40,000 bases of DNA from Methanococcoides vulcani (lineage in GTDB: Archaea; Halobacteriota; Methanosarcinia; Methanosarcinales; Methanosarcinaceae), in NCBI RefSeq assembly GCF_900111645.1, contig NZ_FOHQ01000003.1:73803-113802 (forward strand). Reading direction: 5' to 3'. Positions 27,326-36,529 of the stretch are shown piece after piece. How positions within the stretch are numbered: position 1 is the stretch's first letter; each line of letters opens with the position of its first letter. The notes under the pieces are model-generated. The model had not been told where the DNA came from. It saw only the letters and a program-made list of their open reading frames with translations, and searched no databases. The position numbers and the translations under genes are program-made.

Positions 27326-28222
27326 TTAGCTAATTGGCGGAAAGTCAGAGAGTTGTTCTAAATCTGTAAGGACGATTTGGGGTTTATACTTATATTTTTT
27401 GACTTTCCCGCTAACATAAACATAACCTCGCCCATGCTTGGCATAACGCTTTTCAATAAGTTGGAGCAGGGGGGCTGCTTCTTCACCATCTACGTTTGGT
27501 ATCCACAAATTGAATTTGTGATGCTTTGAACCTGCGTAGATCAGTGCTCCACCACCAGTCCATTTATTTATTCCAGATTGAAGATCGCAAAATACCGTGG
27601 CGAATTCTTCATTTTCAGCTGTTTTTTTGATGGTTTCATAGTCAAGTCTTACAGAAAGAACGCCTGCATCAACACCAATTTCACGATAATCTTCGATGAC
27701 GGATGCTCGAAGCGACCACCAAGGTAACAAGGTAGTGTAGTCACGAGACAGTCCACCGCAATTGGTTTCCGGATTCCATATTTGAAGATTGTTAGCCTGT
27801 GCTTCCGCTTCCGCAATCATAAATTCCTCATGATACAATCTTGACCTGCCATACTTAACAAAGTATGGGCTCCATCCTTCTTTAACAAGTTTTAGATTAT
27901 AATTTTCATCGCCTTTATGGACGTAGCACAACAGGCGGTTATAGTTTCCGCGATGCTTGGCTAAGCAGACATGCTCAGGGTCATCGGTGTCAAATTCGAT
28001 GCTAACCTGAACAAATCCTCCTCCTGGTGAAGTGAAATACTCTTTTGCCATTTCAGTTGCTGCCTTCCCTGCTTTTGTAACAGGTTTTGAACCCCCTGAA
28101 TAGCTTTCCTCGGTATCAACATCGATAAGTCTCAGAGTTTCTTCTTCCCCTTTAATCAGTACCTTAATAGTGTCCCCATCTACTACTTTTGTCACTTGAA
28201 GGTTTTCAATTCGTGTTCCCAT
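27326..28222 (-). CDS. Staphylococcal-nuclease (thermonuclease/SNase) fold protein with an uncharacterised C-terminal domain of about 150 aa
   Basis: VVDGDTIKV...LRLIDVDTEES...HRGNYNRLLCYVH...NLKLVKEGWSPYF...AEAEAQANNLQIW follows the order of the SNase motifs (DGDT, RL.G.D.PE, YGR.L.YV, LV..G.A, A...A...G.W). I prefer the start at MGTRIEN (28222), preceded by GGGGGAG; the track ORF starts at 28240. Confidence 0.75.
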   Translation of the reverse strand: MGTRIENLQVTKVVDGDTIKVLIKGEEETLRLIDVDTEESYSGGSKPVTKAGKAATEMAKEYFTSPGGGFVQVSIEFDTDDPEHVCLAKHRGNYNRLLCYVHKGDENYNLKLVKEGWSPYFVKYGRSRLYHEEFMIAEAEAQANNLQIWNPETNCGGLSRDYTTLLPWWSLRASVIEDYREIGVDAGVLSVRLDYETIKKTAENEEFATVFCDLQSGINKWTGGGALIYAGSKHHKFNLWIPNVDGEEAAPLLQLIEKRYAKHGRGYVYVSGKVKKYKYKPQIVLTDLEQLSDFPPIS

Positions 28223-28772
28223 TTTGTCTCCCCCATTCACTCATTTTAGACAATGTCTTGCGGATAAAAGAAGTTCGCTAATGGATAAATTTGAATGAAG
28301 CATGGCGAAGCCTTTTATCCGCTGTTAAGCGACAATTTTGGCGGCAAAAATAGTTTAACCCCCCACTATTGTCCGCATCATATCTAATTTCAATGATCGG
28401 GATCATGTCTTCCCTATCACACTAGACATATACATATAAAAATTTATAGTATATATCAGTAGTTTATTATAATTTTATGCGATAGATATAGCATTATAAA
28501 CATAGCATAATTTTATACCATTCATATAATTATTTTTTTAATAGATAAAAATAGAAATTTATTAAATAGATTAAATTTGGAGTGTGGTGATTAGCAAGAC
28601 AACATCTTTCCAATTGTTAAAAAGAATGGAGAATTCCGATAAACCTCCCCAACAGAAGCAAAATTTATAAGCAAATGTTATAATTTTATATTAGATCCTT
28701 AAAGAGCTTTGCTTTTAAAGAAGACATTCATTTGATTGTGGAATGGGTTAGAAGGAAGCGAACAATATTGAT

Positions 28773-28934
28773 ATGCAGGAGCTTGAAGGAAATGCGGTTG
28801 AAACCTATCTTGATATCAAGAAGGTTCATGAATGAGTGCTTGTTCTGACTCCTGATGATGTTAGGGAGATGGGAATCGAACACAGGAGTACGTTGAAGAG
28901 GATCAAAGATAAAATAAAAAATGATGTTCGATAA
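28773..28934 (+). pseudogene. Decayed short ORF with an in-frame TGA, encoding an HTH-like segment
   Basis: MQELEGNAVETYLDIKKVHE-TGA(28833)-VLVLTPDDVREMGIEHRSTLKRIKDKIKNDVR-stop. The pattern ..(D/E)(V/W)(R/K)(E/K)MG(I/F)....TL(K/H)(R/Y)(I/M)K resembles the C-terminal HTH of the Cas1 at 22689. The assignment is weak. Confidence 0.3.
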
Positions 28935-28952
28935 GGTTCAAAGAACCTTATC
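28930..28952. terminator. Putative terminator hairpin downstream of phoU
   Basis: GATAAGGTTC-AAA-GAACCTTATC is a perfect 10-bp stem lying 6 nt from the phoU stop codon. On the minus strand it is followed by a T-rich run (CATCATTTTTTATTTTATC). Confidence 0.55.
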
Positions 28953-28957
28953 AGTTT

Positions 28958-29608
28958 TCAGTTCAAATTTAGTCTCTGGTTCGTTACCATATAGACGACA
29001 CTTTCACAGATGTTGCATGCATGATCTGCAATACGTTCCAGATACCTGAGAACAAATATCAGATCTACTGCATTTGGAATAAGGATCGCATCATCTATCA
29101 TCATTTTAACCATCTTTTCCCATGTGGAATAGAACAATTTATCTACCTTTTCATCCTCTGCAGCGGTCGCTTTTGCAAGTTCGGCATCTCCTTCCGCGTA
29201 GGCTTTGATAGAATTGCTGAGCATATTCTGGGCGATAGATGCAATGGTAGTTATTTCGGACAATGGAATGGTATGTTCTACTTCGATCTTCTTGACGATC
29301 TCTGCAATATTGACCGCAAAATCGCTCATTCTCTCAAGGTCGATCGCGATCTTGTACGAAGCTGTGATCAGGCGGAGGTCACCGGCCATTGGCTGCTGAA
29401 GGGCTAACAGGTGTGCTGTAGACTTTTCAACGTCATACTCGTAATTATCAACGGCTGTATCCATTTCAATGACCTTTTCTGAGAGCTCAATATCAAGGGT
29501 TTCCAGAGCCTGTATTGAACTGGCCAGCATTTCCCCGGATACCTTCCCCATCTCTTCTATCTCTGATTTTAAGTAATCAAGCCGCTCAACGTATCTTTCT
29601 CTCACCAT
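28958..29608 (-). CDS. phoU: Phosphate uptake regulator PhoU
   Basis: 216 aa with two PhoU repeats (..D..VD......A.LLALQQPMAGDLR and ..RYLERIADHACNI). It is the last gene of the pst operon. Confidence 0.9.
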   Translation of the reverse strand: MVRERYVERLDYLKSEIEEMGKVSGEMLASSIQALETLDIELSEKVIEMDTAVDNYEYDVEKSTAHLLALQQPMAGDLRLITASYKIAIDLERMSDFAVNIAEIVKKIEVEHTIPLSEITTIASIAQNMLSNSIKAYAEGDAELAKATAAEDEKVDKLFYSTWEKMVKMMIDDAILIPNAVDLIFVLRYLERIADHACNICESVVYMVTNQRLNLN

Positions 29609-29612
29609 AAGA

Positions 29613-30380
29613 TCACCCGAACCTTCCTGTAATATAATCCTCTGTACTCTTTACCTGTGGATTCTCAAATATATTCTTTGTCTTTCCGAACTCGATCAGT
29701 TCCCCGAGAAGGAAAAAGGCAGTATGGTCAGAAATACGAGCTGCCTGTTGCATATTATGTGTTACGATCACAATAGTGTAATCTTTTTTAAGCTCAAGGA
29801 TCAGGTCCTCTATCTTGGAAGTGGATATAGGGTCAAGAGCACTGCATGGTTCGTCGAACAGGATTATTTCAGGTTTGACAGCAAGTGTTCTTGCAATGCA
29901 CAATCTTTGCTGTTGTCCCCCACTAAGTGAAAATGCCTGGTCTCCAAGTCTTTCCTGAACCTCTCCCATAAGGGCAGCATCTTCGAGTGCCTTGTGTACC
30001 CTTTCATTGGTCTCTGATTTTGAACAGCCATGTATCTTCGGACCATAGGCAATATTATCATAGATGGACATGGGGAAAGGGTTTGGCTTCTGGAAGACCA
30101 TTCCGACCTTTTTCCTCAGGTCAACGACATCTACATTTTTATCATAGATGTTCTCATCATCAACAAGTACCTCCCCATCTATCCTGCATGATTTTACCAG
30201 GTCGTTCATACGGTTCAGGCATCTGAGGAATGTGGATTTTCCACAGCCTGAAGGACCTATCAATGCAGTAACGCTTTTCTCCGGTATGTCAAGTGAAATG
30301 TCTTTAAGCGCGTGTTTTTCACCGTACCAGAGATTAAGATCTTTAATATTGATATTCGTATTAATTTCATTTTTAGACAT
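29613..30380 (-). CDS. pstB: Phosphate ABC transporter ATP-binding protein PstB
   Basis: [18 protein letters not shown], Walker [10 protein letters not shown], signature [13 protein letters not shown] and Walker B ILFDEP. Confidence 0.95.
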   Translation of the reverse strand: MSKNEINTNINIKDLNLWYGEKHALKDISLDIPEKSVTALIGPSGCGKSTFLRCLNRMNDLVKSCRIDGEVLVDDENIYDKNVDVVDLRKKVGMVFQKPNPFPMSIYDNIAYGPKIHGCSKSETNERVHKALEDAALMGEVQERLGDQAFSLSGGQQQRLCIARTLAVKPEIILFDEPCSALDPISTSKIEDLILELKKDYTIVIVTHNMQQAARISDHTAFFLLGELIEFGKTKNIFENPQVKSTEDYITGRFG

Positions 30381-30402
30381 AGGATCATCCTTGAATTCTC
30401 TT

Positions 30403-31263
30403 TTACCTGTTCAATTTGTTCCGGTAATGTCTTCTTATTACTACTGCAATGCTGTTCATGAAAACAACTATCAAGAGCAGTATCAGTGCTGTTCCATACT
30501 GGATCGGACGTGTCTGTGTTATACTTGTACCTGAGGTTGCCAGTACGAAAAGGTGGTATGGTAATGCCATGAACTGGGAGAACACCGAATCCGGTATTCT
30601 TGGCAGGAAGTATGCGGCTCCTGTAAGCAGGATTGGTGCTGTTTCGCCTGCAACCCTGCCGATGCTCAGGATTATACCTGTCATCATTCCGGGAATTGCT
30701 GCAGGAAGTATGACCTTTCTTGTGGTCTGCCATTTGGTAACACCAAGTGCGAGGGAAGCTTCCCTGTATTCCTGTGGTACTGTCATCAATGCTTCTTTGC
30801 TCGCACGAATGATCACGGGCAAAATGAGCAAAGCCAATGTCAAAGAAGCCGACAGGAGAGAAGCTCCAAATCCGAAGTATTTGACGAACAATGCCAGTCC
30901 GAAAAGACCGAACACCACTGATGGTGTACCTGCAAGATTATTGATCGCCATCTCAATGGCCCAGGAAACACGTCCCGGAGTTGAATATTCATTCAGGTAA
31001 ACTGCCGAGAGTATGCCAAGAGAGATTGCGAAGGCCATTGAAAGTCCGATCAGCATGAGACTTCCCACAATTGCCGGATAAATGCCTCCTTCGGTCATTC
31101 TTTTCATTGGCATCTGGGTTATGAAATCAAGGCTGAGCACGCTGTAGCCGTTCATAACAATGTAGATCACAAGGATGGATACGAAAGCGAGAACAATTGC
31201 CATACAGAGCTTCAGCGTGGCAAATGCCAGTTTCTCGGAGGTCTTTGGTCGAAGTAACATCAA
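30403..31263 (-). CDS. pstA: Phosphate ABC transporter permease PstA
   Basis: It is the second permease in the operon order. EAA-type loop [25 protein letters not shown]; overlaps pstC by 4 nt. Confidence 0.9.
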   Translation of the reverse strand: MMLLRPKTSEKLAFATLKLCMAIVLAFVSILVIYIVMNGYSVLSLDFITQMPMKRMTEGGIYPAIVGSLMLIGLSMAFAISLGILSAVYLNEYSTPGRVSWAIEMAINNLAGTPSVVFGLFGLALFVKYFGFGASLLSASLTLALLILPVIIRASKEALMTVPQEYREASLALGVTKWQTTRKVILPAAIPGMMTGIILSIGRVAGETAPILLTGAAYFLPRIPDSVFSQFMALPYHLFVLATSGTSITQTRPIQYGTALILLLIVVFMNSIAVVIRRHYRNKLNR

Positions 31264-32153
31264 ACTCCCTCCTGAAGCCTGTATTTCTTCTTAACACTGT
31301 CAGCGATAAGATTGATTATGAACGTTATTAGGAAAAGCACAGATCCGACTGCGAACAGCGCATGGAAATGTTCACTTCCCTGTGGGACTTCTCCCATTTC
31401 AAGTGCAATGGTTGCGGTCATGGTCCTTACGGGATCGAAAAGTCCTTCGGGGATCCCGGGTATGATCGCAGTGTTTCCTGTTACCATCATGACGGTCATG
31501 GTCTCTCCGATCGCCCTACCTATACCAAGCATAACGGCTGCGGAAATACCTGACAATGCTGCCGGCAATACTACCCTGTAAATGGTCTGCCACTTGGTAC
31601 TTCCAAGGGCAAGGGAACCTTCCTTGAGTGCAGCGGGCACTGAATTTATAGCATCCTCTGATACTGATATGATGGTAGGTAGCGCCATCATTCCGAGCAT
31701 GATAGAACCGGCCAGTGCGGTCTGTCCTGTGGGGAGGTCTAATAGATCCTGTAGCAATGGGACTACTATTACAAGGCCGAAGAAACCATAAACAACTGAA
31801 GGTATACCTGCGAGGATCTCTACAAATGGTTTGATCAGCTGTGCCACTTTAGGGTCTGCAAGTTCTGATATATATACCGCGGAAGCAATGCCAAGAGGTA
31901 CTGAGAGAAGGATGGCTCCAGCTGTTACGATCAGTGATCCTGTTAATAATGGCAATAATCCGAATTTTGCTGGCGATGACGATGGATACCATGAACTTCC
32001 GGTTATGAACGAAATGATGGAATGATCACCGAACAAAAGGAATCCTTCCCTGAAAAGGAAAAAACAAAGAAGGAAAAGAGCTACAACTGTAACTCCACTT
32101 ACCATTAAGAGAGTGGATTCAATTGCTTTTTCCTTCTTTTTTCTATGCAACAT
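31260..32153 (-). CDS. pstC: Phosphate ABC transporter permease PstC
   Basis: It is the first permease after pstS. Contains EGSLALGSTKWQTIYRVVLPAALSG. Confidence 0.9.
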   Translation of the reverse strand: MLHRKKKEKAIESTLLMVSGVTVVALFLLCFFLFREGFLLFGDHSIISFITGSSWYPSSSPAKFGLLPLLTGSLIVTAGAILLSVPLGIASAVYISELADPKVAQLIKPFVEILAGIPSVVYGFFGLVIVVPLLQDLLDLPTGQTALAGSIMLGMMALPTIISVSEDAINSVPAALKEGSLALGSTKWQTIYRVVLPAALSGISAAVMLGIGRAIGETMTVMMVTGNTAIIPGIPEGLFDPVRTMTATIALEMGEVPQGSEHFHALFAVGSVLFLITFIINLIADSVKKKYRLQEGV

Positions 32154-32190
32154 AAGTCATCCCTTAATCCTTAGAGGATCGTAAAAAAGA

Positions 32191-33069
32191 TCAAGCAGGG
32201 AAGTATCCTACTTCAAAGATCGTTTCTTCTCCGGTCTCACTTGAGACGAACTCGATGAACTCAAGTGCAAGGCCTGTTGGTTCACCGTCGGTGTAGAAGT
32301 AAAGTGGTCTTGCAAGTGGATATTCACCGGAAAGGATGTTCTCGGATGTTGGTTCTTCAGCACCACTGCCCTTGTCGACTGCAAGTGCCTTTACGGTCTC
32401 GTCAAGGTAAGCAACACCGACATAGCCGATAGCGTTCTGGTTCTGTGATACAGTCTGGGTGATTGCTCCTGTTGATGGATTGATAAGTGCATCAGCCCTG
32501 TATTCATTGCCTTCCATTACTTCGTCCTTGAAGTATTCGTATGTACCGGAACTGCTGTCACGTGAGAGGACGACTATTTCACGGTCTTCGCCACCAACTT
32601 CATTCCAGTTGGAGATGTCTCCTACATAGATCGCTTTGAGCTGTTCGAATGTCAGATCAGATACAGGGTTTTCCGGGTTTACTACAATAGAGATACCATC
32701 CCATGCAATTGTCTGCTGTATAGGATCGACACCATTTGTCTGTGCATTCTCGATCTCTGATCCTTTCATTGCTCTTGATGCCATTGCGATGTCAACTTCG
32801 CCATCAATGAGTGCTGCAATACCGACACCTGACCCCCCTCCGATGATGGATATTGTGCTTTCAGGGTTTTCTATCATGAATTCCTCGGCTTCTGCCTGTG
32901 CAAGTGGAAGAACGGTATCCGATCCCTTGATAATAATTGACTGCATTTCTTCACTACCGGAATCAGTAGTGTCATTACCCACACACCCTGCTCCGAAAAG
33001 AGCAAGTGAAGTGACCAGCAAAAGCGTGATCATATATGACATTGATTTCTTGGACATTGGTTTTTTCAC
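32191..33069 (-). CDS. pstS: Phosphate-binding protein PstS (lipobox-type signal peptide)
   Basis: Signal and lipobox LVTSLALFGAGC. IIKGSDTVLPLAQAEAEEF...GGGSGVGIAAL...SRDSSSGTYEYF is typical of PstS family 2 / PBP. Confidence 0.9.
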   Translation of the reverse strand: MKKPMSKKSMSYMITLLLVTSLALFGAGCVGNDTTDSGSEEMQSIIIKGSDTVLPLAQAEAEEFMIENPESTISIIGGGSGVGIAALIDGEVDIAMASRAMKGSEIENAQTNGVDPIQQTIAWDGISIVVNPENPVSDLTFEQLKAIYVGDISNWNEVGGEDREIVVLSRDSSSGTYEYFKDEVMEGNEYRADALINPSTGAITQTVSQNQNAIGYVGVAYLDETVKALAVDKGSGAEEPTSENILSGEYPLARPLYFYTDGEPTGLALEFIEFVSSETGEETIFEVGYFPA

Positions 33070-33392
33070 CTTATTGAACTAAAGTGGTTTTTGTTTTCAG
33101 ATCTGAATTCTAATGTCTCGACCTGTAAGGAAGGAAATAAGGTGAATCGTATATAGTATTTCTCTGTATATTCTATATTTCAATATATAATGCTCAATAT
33201 CTTATATATTAATATATATTCTATATATTTTAGAAAATTTGATCGAATCGTTCAGTCTTTACTTGTACAAGAATAGGATAACGACGAAAGCTAAAACAAC
33301 AAAGAACAGTTTTATAATACATAAAAAAGTAAATCCCAACGTTGACTTCATCATGATCTAAATTTCATAATTTTCAAAAGGAGCTCCGATCT

Positions 33393-34763
33393 ATGACTGA
33401 TATCCTTATTAAGAACACAAAGGTCTTCTACAACAACTTTTTGCAGCCAGGAGAAGTATTGATCAACAATGGAAAGATCGAGCGTATTGCAAAGGATATC
33501 ACCGGAGCTGACCCGGACCTTCTGATCGATGCTAAAGGAGCACTGACCATACCTGCAGGCATAGATGCGCACGTGCACTTCAGGGAGCCGGGTATGATAA
33601 AGAAGGAAGACTGGCACACTGGTTCATGCTCGGCAGCAGCAGGCGGAATTACTACTGTTATAGAGCATCCGAATACCATACCTCCGACTGTTGGTAAATC
33701 CTCTTTTAAGGAAAAGCTGAAACTGGCAAATCGCAAGTCTGTAATTGATTTTGGTATCAATGGCGGTGTAACACAGAACCTTGAATCCCTTTCATTGCTC
33801 TGGGAGCTTGGAGTGACATCATTTGGCGAGATATTCATGGCAGAATCCACTGGTGGGCTGAACATAAACGAAGAGGATTTCTCGCAGGCACTCGGGATCA
33901 TTAAAGAGCTTGATGCGGTGGCCTGCATTCATGCCGAAGATGAGAACATCCGCCTGGAAAATGAAAAACTGCTTAAGAATGACCTTTCCCCGTCATCACA
34001 TTCACGAATACGTTCAAACCTCTGTGAAGGATATGCTGTCGAGAAAGCACTTGAAGTAATTGCAGAAAAGGGTACAAGATCACACTTCTGTCATATCAGC
34101 ACACTTGAGGCGCTGGGGCTTATCCGTAAGGAAAAATATGTTGCAGCAGCAGAGAACCGCGAGCATACTGTTACCTGTGAAGTCGCCCCGCACCATCTGT
34201 TCTTATCTACAAGGGACTGGGACAAGCTGGGAACTTTTGGAAAGATGAACCCGCCACTGCGTGACCGCAGAAACGTGAAAGCGCTTATGAACGCGGTCAA
34301 TGATGGAACTGTGAATGCTATAGCTTCAGACCATGCACCACATTCTGAATTCGATAAGGACCTTGATATCAGGAGTGCACCATCAGGTGTTCCGGGAGTC
34401 GAGACGCTTATGCCGCTCATGCTCATGGCGGTCAAGAAGAACATTCTTCCGATCGGCAGGATGATCGAGGTCACAAGCAGGAACCCTGCGCATATATTTG
34501 GCCTTGATACACACCACTCAAAGGGAGTTTTTGCGGAAGGGTATGATGCAGACCTGATCATTGTTGATACACGCAGTGCAACTCCTATTAAAGCTGACAA
34601 GCTTCACAGTAAAGCCGGCTGGACTCCATTTGAAGGCATGGATGCCATCTTCCCGATGACCACGATCGCCAGGGGTGAAGTTGTCTGGGAAAATGAGGTC
34701 ATTGCTGAAAAAGGACGTGGCAAGTTCCTTGAAGGACGTGGCTACCCTAAAGAAGAGCAATGA
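33393..34763 (+). CDS. pyrC: Dihydroorotase
   Basis: Amidohydrolase motifs GIDAHVHFREPG, ...IHAED..., ...HISTLE... and ASDHAPH; 456 aa. Confidence 0.88.
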   Translation: MTDILIKNTKVFYNNFLQPGEVLINNGKIERIAKDITGADPDLLIDAKGALTIPAGIDAHVHFREPGMIKKEDWHTGSCSAAAGGITTVIEHPNTIPPTVGKSSFKEKLKLANRKSVIDFGINGGVTQNLESLSLLWELGVTSFGEIFMAESTGGLNINEEDFSQALGIIKELDAVACIHAEDENIRLENEKLLKNDLSPSSHSRIRSNLCEGYAVEKALEVIAEKGTRSHFCHISTLEALGLIRKEKYVAAAENREHTVTCEVAPHHLFLSTRDWDKLGTFGKMNPPLRDRRNVKALMNAVNDGTVNAIASDHAPHSEFDKDLDIRSAPSGVPGVETLMPLMLMAVKKNILPIGRMIEVTSRNPAHIFGLDTHHSKGVFAEGYDADLIIVDTRSATPIKADKLHSKAGWTPFEGMDAIFPMTTIARGEVVWENEVIAEKGRGKFLEGRGYPKEEQ

Positions 34764-34831
34764 TGGACATAATATTCATATCTGTGGACACATGAAGTAA
34801 GCCTTAAATATATAGTCTTCAATCTACGTTT

Positions 34832-35734
34832 ATGGCAAGAAACAAGTTCCCTGTTCACACAACATTAAGTTCTGACGCTATTAAGATACTTGAAAGGTAT
34901 GAGAAGGAACTTGGAGCCAAGAACCTTGTACTTGAAAAGGCGCTGATGTCCCTTGATAGTAGCAAGTTCAAATCCAAGATCGATACGAACAATATCGAGA
35001 AGGCTATCAAAAGGGTCAATACTGGTGTTGTCGGGCTTGATGACATGCTTGAAGGCGGTATTCCTGAAGGATTTACAGTTGTTGTGACAGGTCCTCCGGG
35101 AACAGGTAAAACTACCCTTTGCATGCAGTTTTTGATGGAAGGCATCAAGAACGATGAGAAATGCCTCTTTTTCTCCTTTGAAGAAAGGATACAGCAATTA
35201 ATTCAGCATTTCATGCGATTTGGCTGGGATATTGGCAAGCATATCGACGATGGCTACCTTGAGGTGTTCGGCATGTCAATGTTGTCATTTGAGGAGATCG
35301 GTGAGATTATAGAGGCGTATAAGCCACGACGGATCGTTTTCGATTCCCTGAACATGTTCACTGATCCTGCTGAGTTCAGGAAATCCCTGGAATGGCGTAC
35401 ATTACATAAGATGCTTAAGACAAAAAATATCACTTCTTTCCTTGTAACTGAAAAAGAGTTCGGAATTGAGACCAAGTCATATGACACATATGATTTCCTT
35501 GGGGATGGGATAATCTTCCTTGATAAGATGCAGGCAAATGAGGTCGAAGCAAATCTGACCCCTGTTATGGCTGTCCAGAAAATGAGAGCTACCCGCGTGG
35601 ACGCTTCCCCGCAACCGTTCAGGTTCACAGATAAGGGTATTTCAAAGTACAGGACCGTAAACCTTACAGCCAGCAAGCTTCAGGAGAGGATGAACATGCA
35701 TCAGAATTCTTCTTCAAACGAACCAGGATATTAA
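34832..35734 (+). CDS. KaiC-like / RecA-superfamily ATPase (single domain) with an N-terminal extension of about 60 aa
   Basis: RVNTGVVGLDDMLEGGIPEGFTVVVTGPPGTGKTTLCMQFLMEG (Walker A) and IVFDSL (Walker B), the usual KaiC/RadA-paralogue layout. Confidence 0.8.
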   Translation: MARNKFPVHTTLSSDAIKILERYEKELGAKNLVLEKALMSLDSSKFKSKIDTNNIEKAIKRVNTGVVGLDDMLEGGIPEGFTVVVTGPPGTGKTTLCMQFLMEGIKNDEKCLFFSFEERIQQLIQHFMRFGWDIGKHIDDGYLEVFGMSMLSFEEIGEIIEAYKPRRIVFDSLNMFTDPAEFRKSLEWRTLHKMLKTKNITSFLVTEKEFGIETKSYDTYDFLGDGIIFLDKMQANEVEANLTPVMAVQKMRATRVDASPQPFRFTDKGISKYRTVNLTASKLQERMNMHQNSSSNEPGY

Positions 35735-36427
35735 TGCTGCAACTATTGCTGTCACATATACTGCTTTAAAGCTTCCAACCCCGCCAAGGTTGATGAAAGC
35801 ACTTCCTTTATTCTCTTTATCGAACATCAGAAGTCCGGTGATATTTCCCAGAAGGATACCACCAATACCTGATACGAATACAACGGTAGCTGCATTCTCC
35901 GGTGCAAAGATCAATGCGAAAGGCACTGCTATGAGTCCGATGTAATCCGGCATCACAATGCCAATGCCGTTGACAAAATCAGAGAGAAGTGTTGCAGCTA
36001 CTATCATGATCAGCATGATCTCAAGCCCTACAAAGTCAGGCTGGAAGACGATCAGGAATAGCATTACAGCAAAAGGAACTATGAAGCCCCCGAGGTTGAG
36101 GGTAATGACCGTATTAAATGCCAGCTTCATGCTGGATGAGATATCTTTTACCAGAGGTACTGAATAGACCTCTTCCAATGTTGCTGCATCCCTTTGAAGA
36201 TCCTGTGTTTTCTTTGTTCTGATCGTACTGACAGGGAGCTCAATATTAGCACCAAGAAGCATGAGAACCAGTATGATGAAAAGCGGATAAGAAGATATTA
36301 TCCCTAACGAAAGCTCCTGCTGATAACACAGGACCGCCATAGGCAAAAGCATGAATCCAAAGATCAAAAACATGCGAATCTCTGATTTATTGATATATCC
36401 TCTCATTGTTCTCATTAACAAGAGCAC
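35714..36427 (-). CDS. Polytopic integral membrane protein of unknown function (possibly DUF1614/COG4089-like)
   Basis: 237-aa hydrophobic ORF. Its 3' end overlaps the convergent KaiC-like gene by 21 nt. The family name is a recollection only. Confidence 0.6.
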   Translation of the reverse strand: MLLLMRTMRGYINKSEIRMFLIFGFMLLPMAVLCYQQELSLGIISSYPLFIILVLMLLGANIELPVSTIRTKKTQDLQRDAATLEEVYSVPLVKDISSSMKLAFNTVITLNLGGFIVPFAVMLFLIVFQPDFVGLEIMLIMIVAATLLSDFVNGIGIVMPDYIGLIAVPFALIFAPENAATVVFVSGIGGILLGNITGLLMFDKENKGSAFINLGGVGSFKAVYVTAIVAALISWFV

Positions 36428-36529
36428 GGTTTTAGTTATTAAATATTTCTAAAGGATATTCAATTAAAAAGCAAAAAAGCATATCTATGAGCCAGATAAA
36501 TATTCCCTCTTAAAAGCAGGAATATCATA

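Noticed and set aside
28833-28835. In-frame TGA in the short ORF 28773-28934, considered as a possible selenocysteine codon.
   Set aside because: There is no SECIS-like context that I can recognise. The ORF is tiny, sits in decaying AT-rich island DNA and ends inside a terminator hairpin. A pseudogene is the simpler reading.
30260-31000. ORFs 30260-30733(-), 30449-31000(+), 30148-30534(+) and others overlapping pstA/pstB. The same applies to 31312-32025(+) within pstC and 32636-33082(+) within pstS.
   Set aside because: They are out-of-frame or antisense overlaps of the clearly identified pst genes.
33428-34760. Minus-strand ORFs 33428-33928, 34091-34600 and 34518-34760, plus 33351-33617.
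   Set aside because: They are antisense to dihydroorotase and their translations are Ser/Pro-rich and non-protein-like. ORF 33351-33617 overlaps the pyrC start and has no RBS or motifs.
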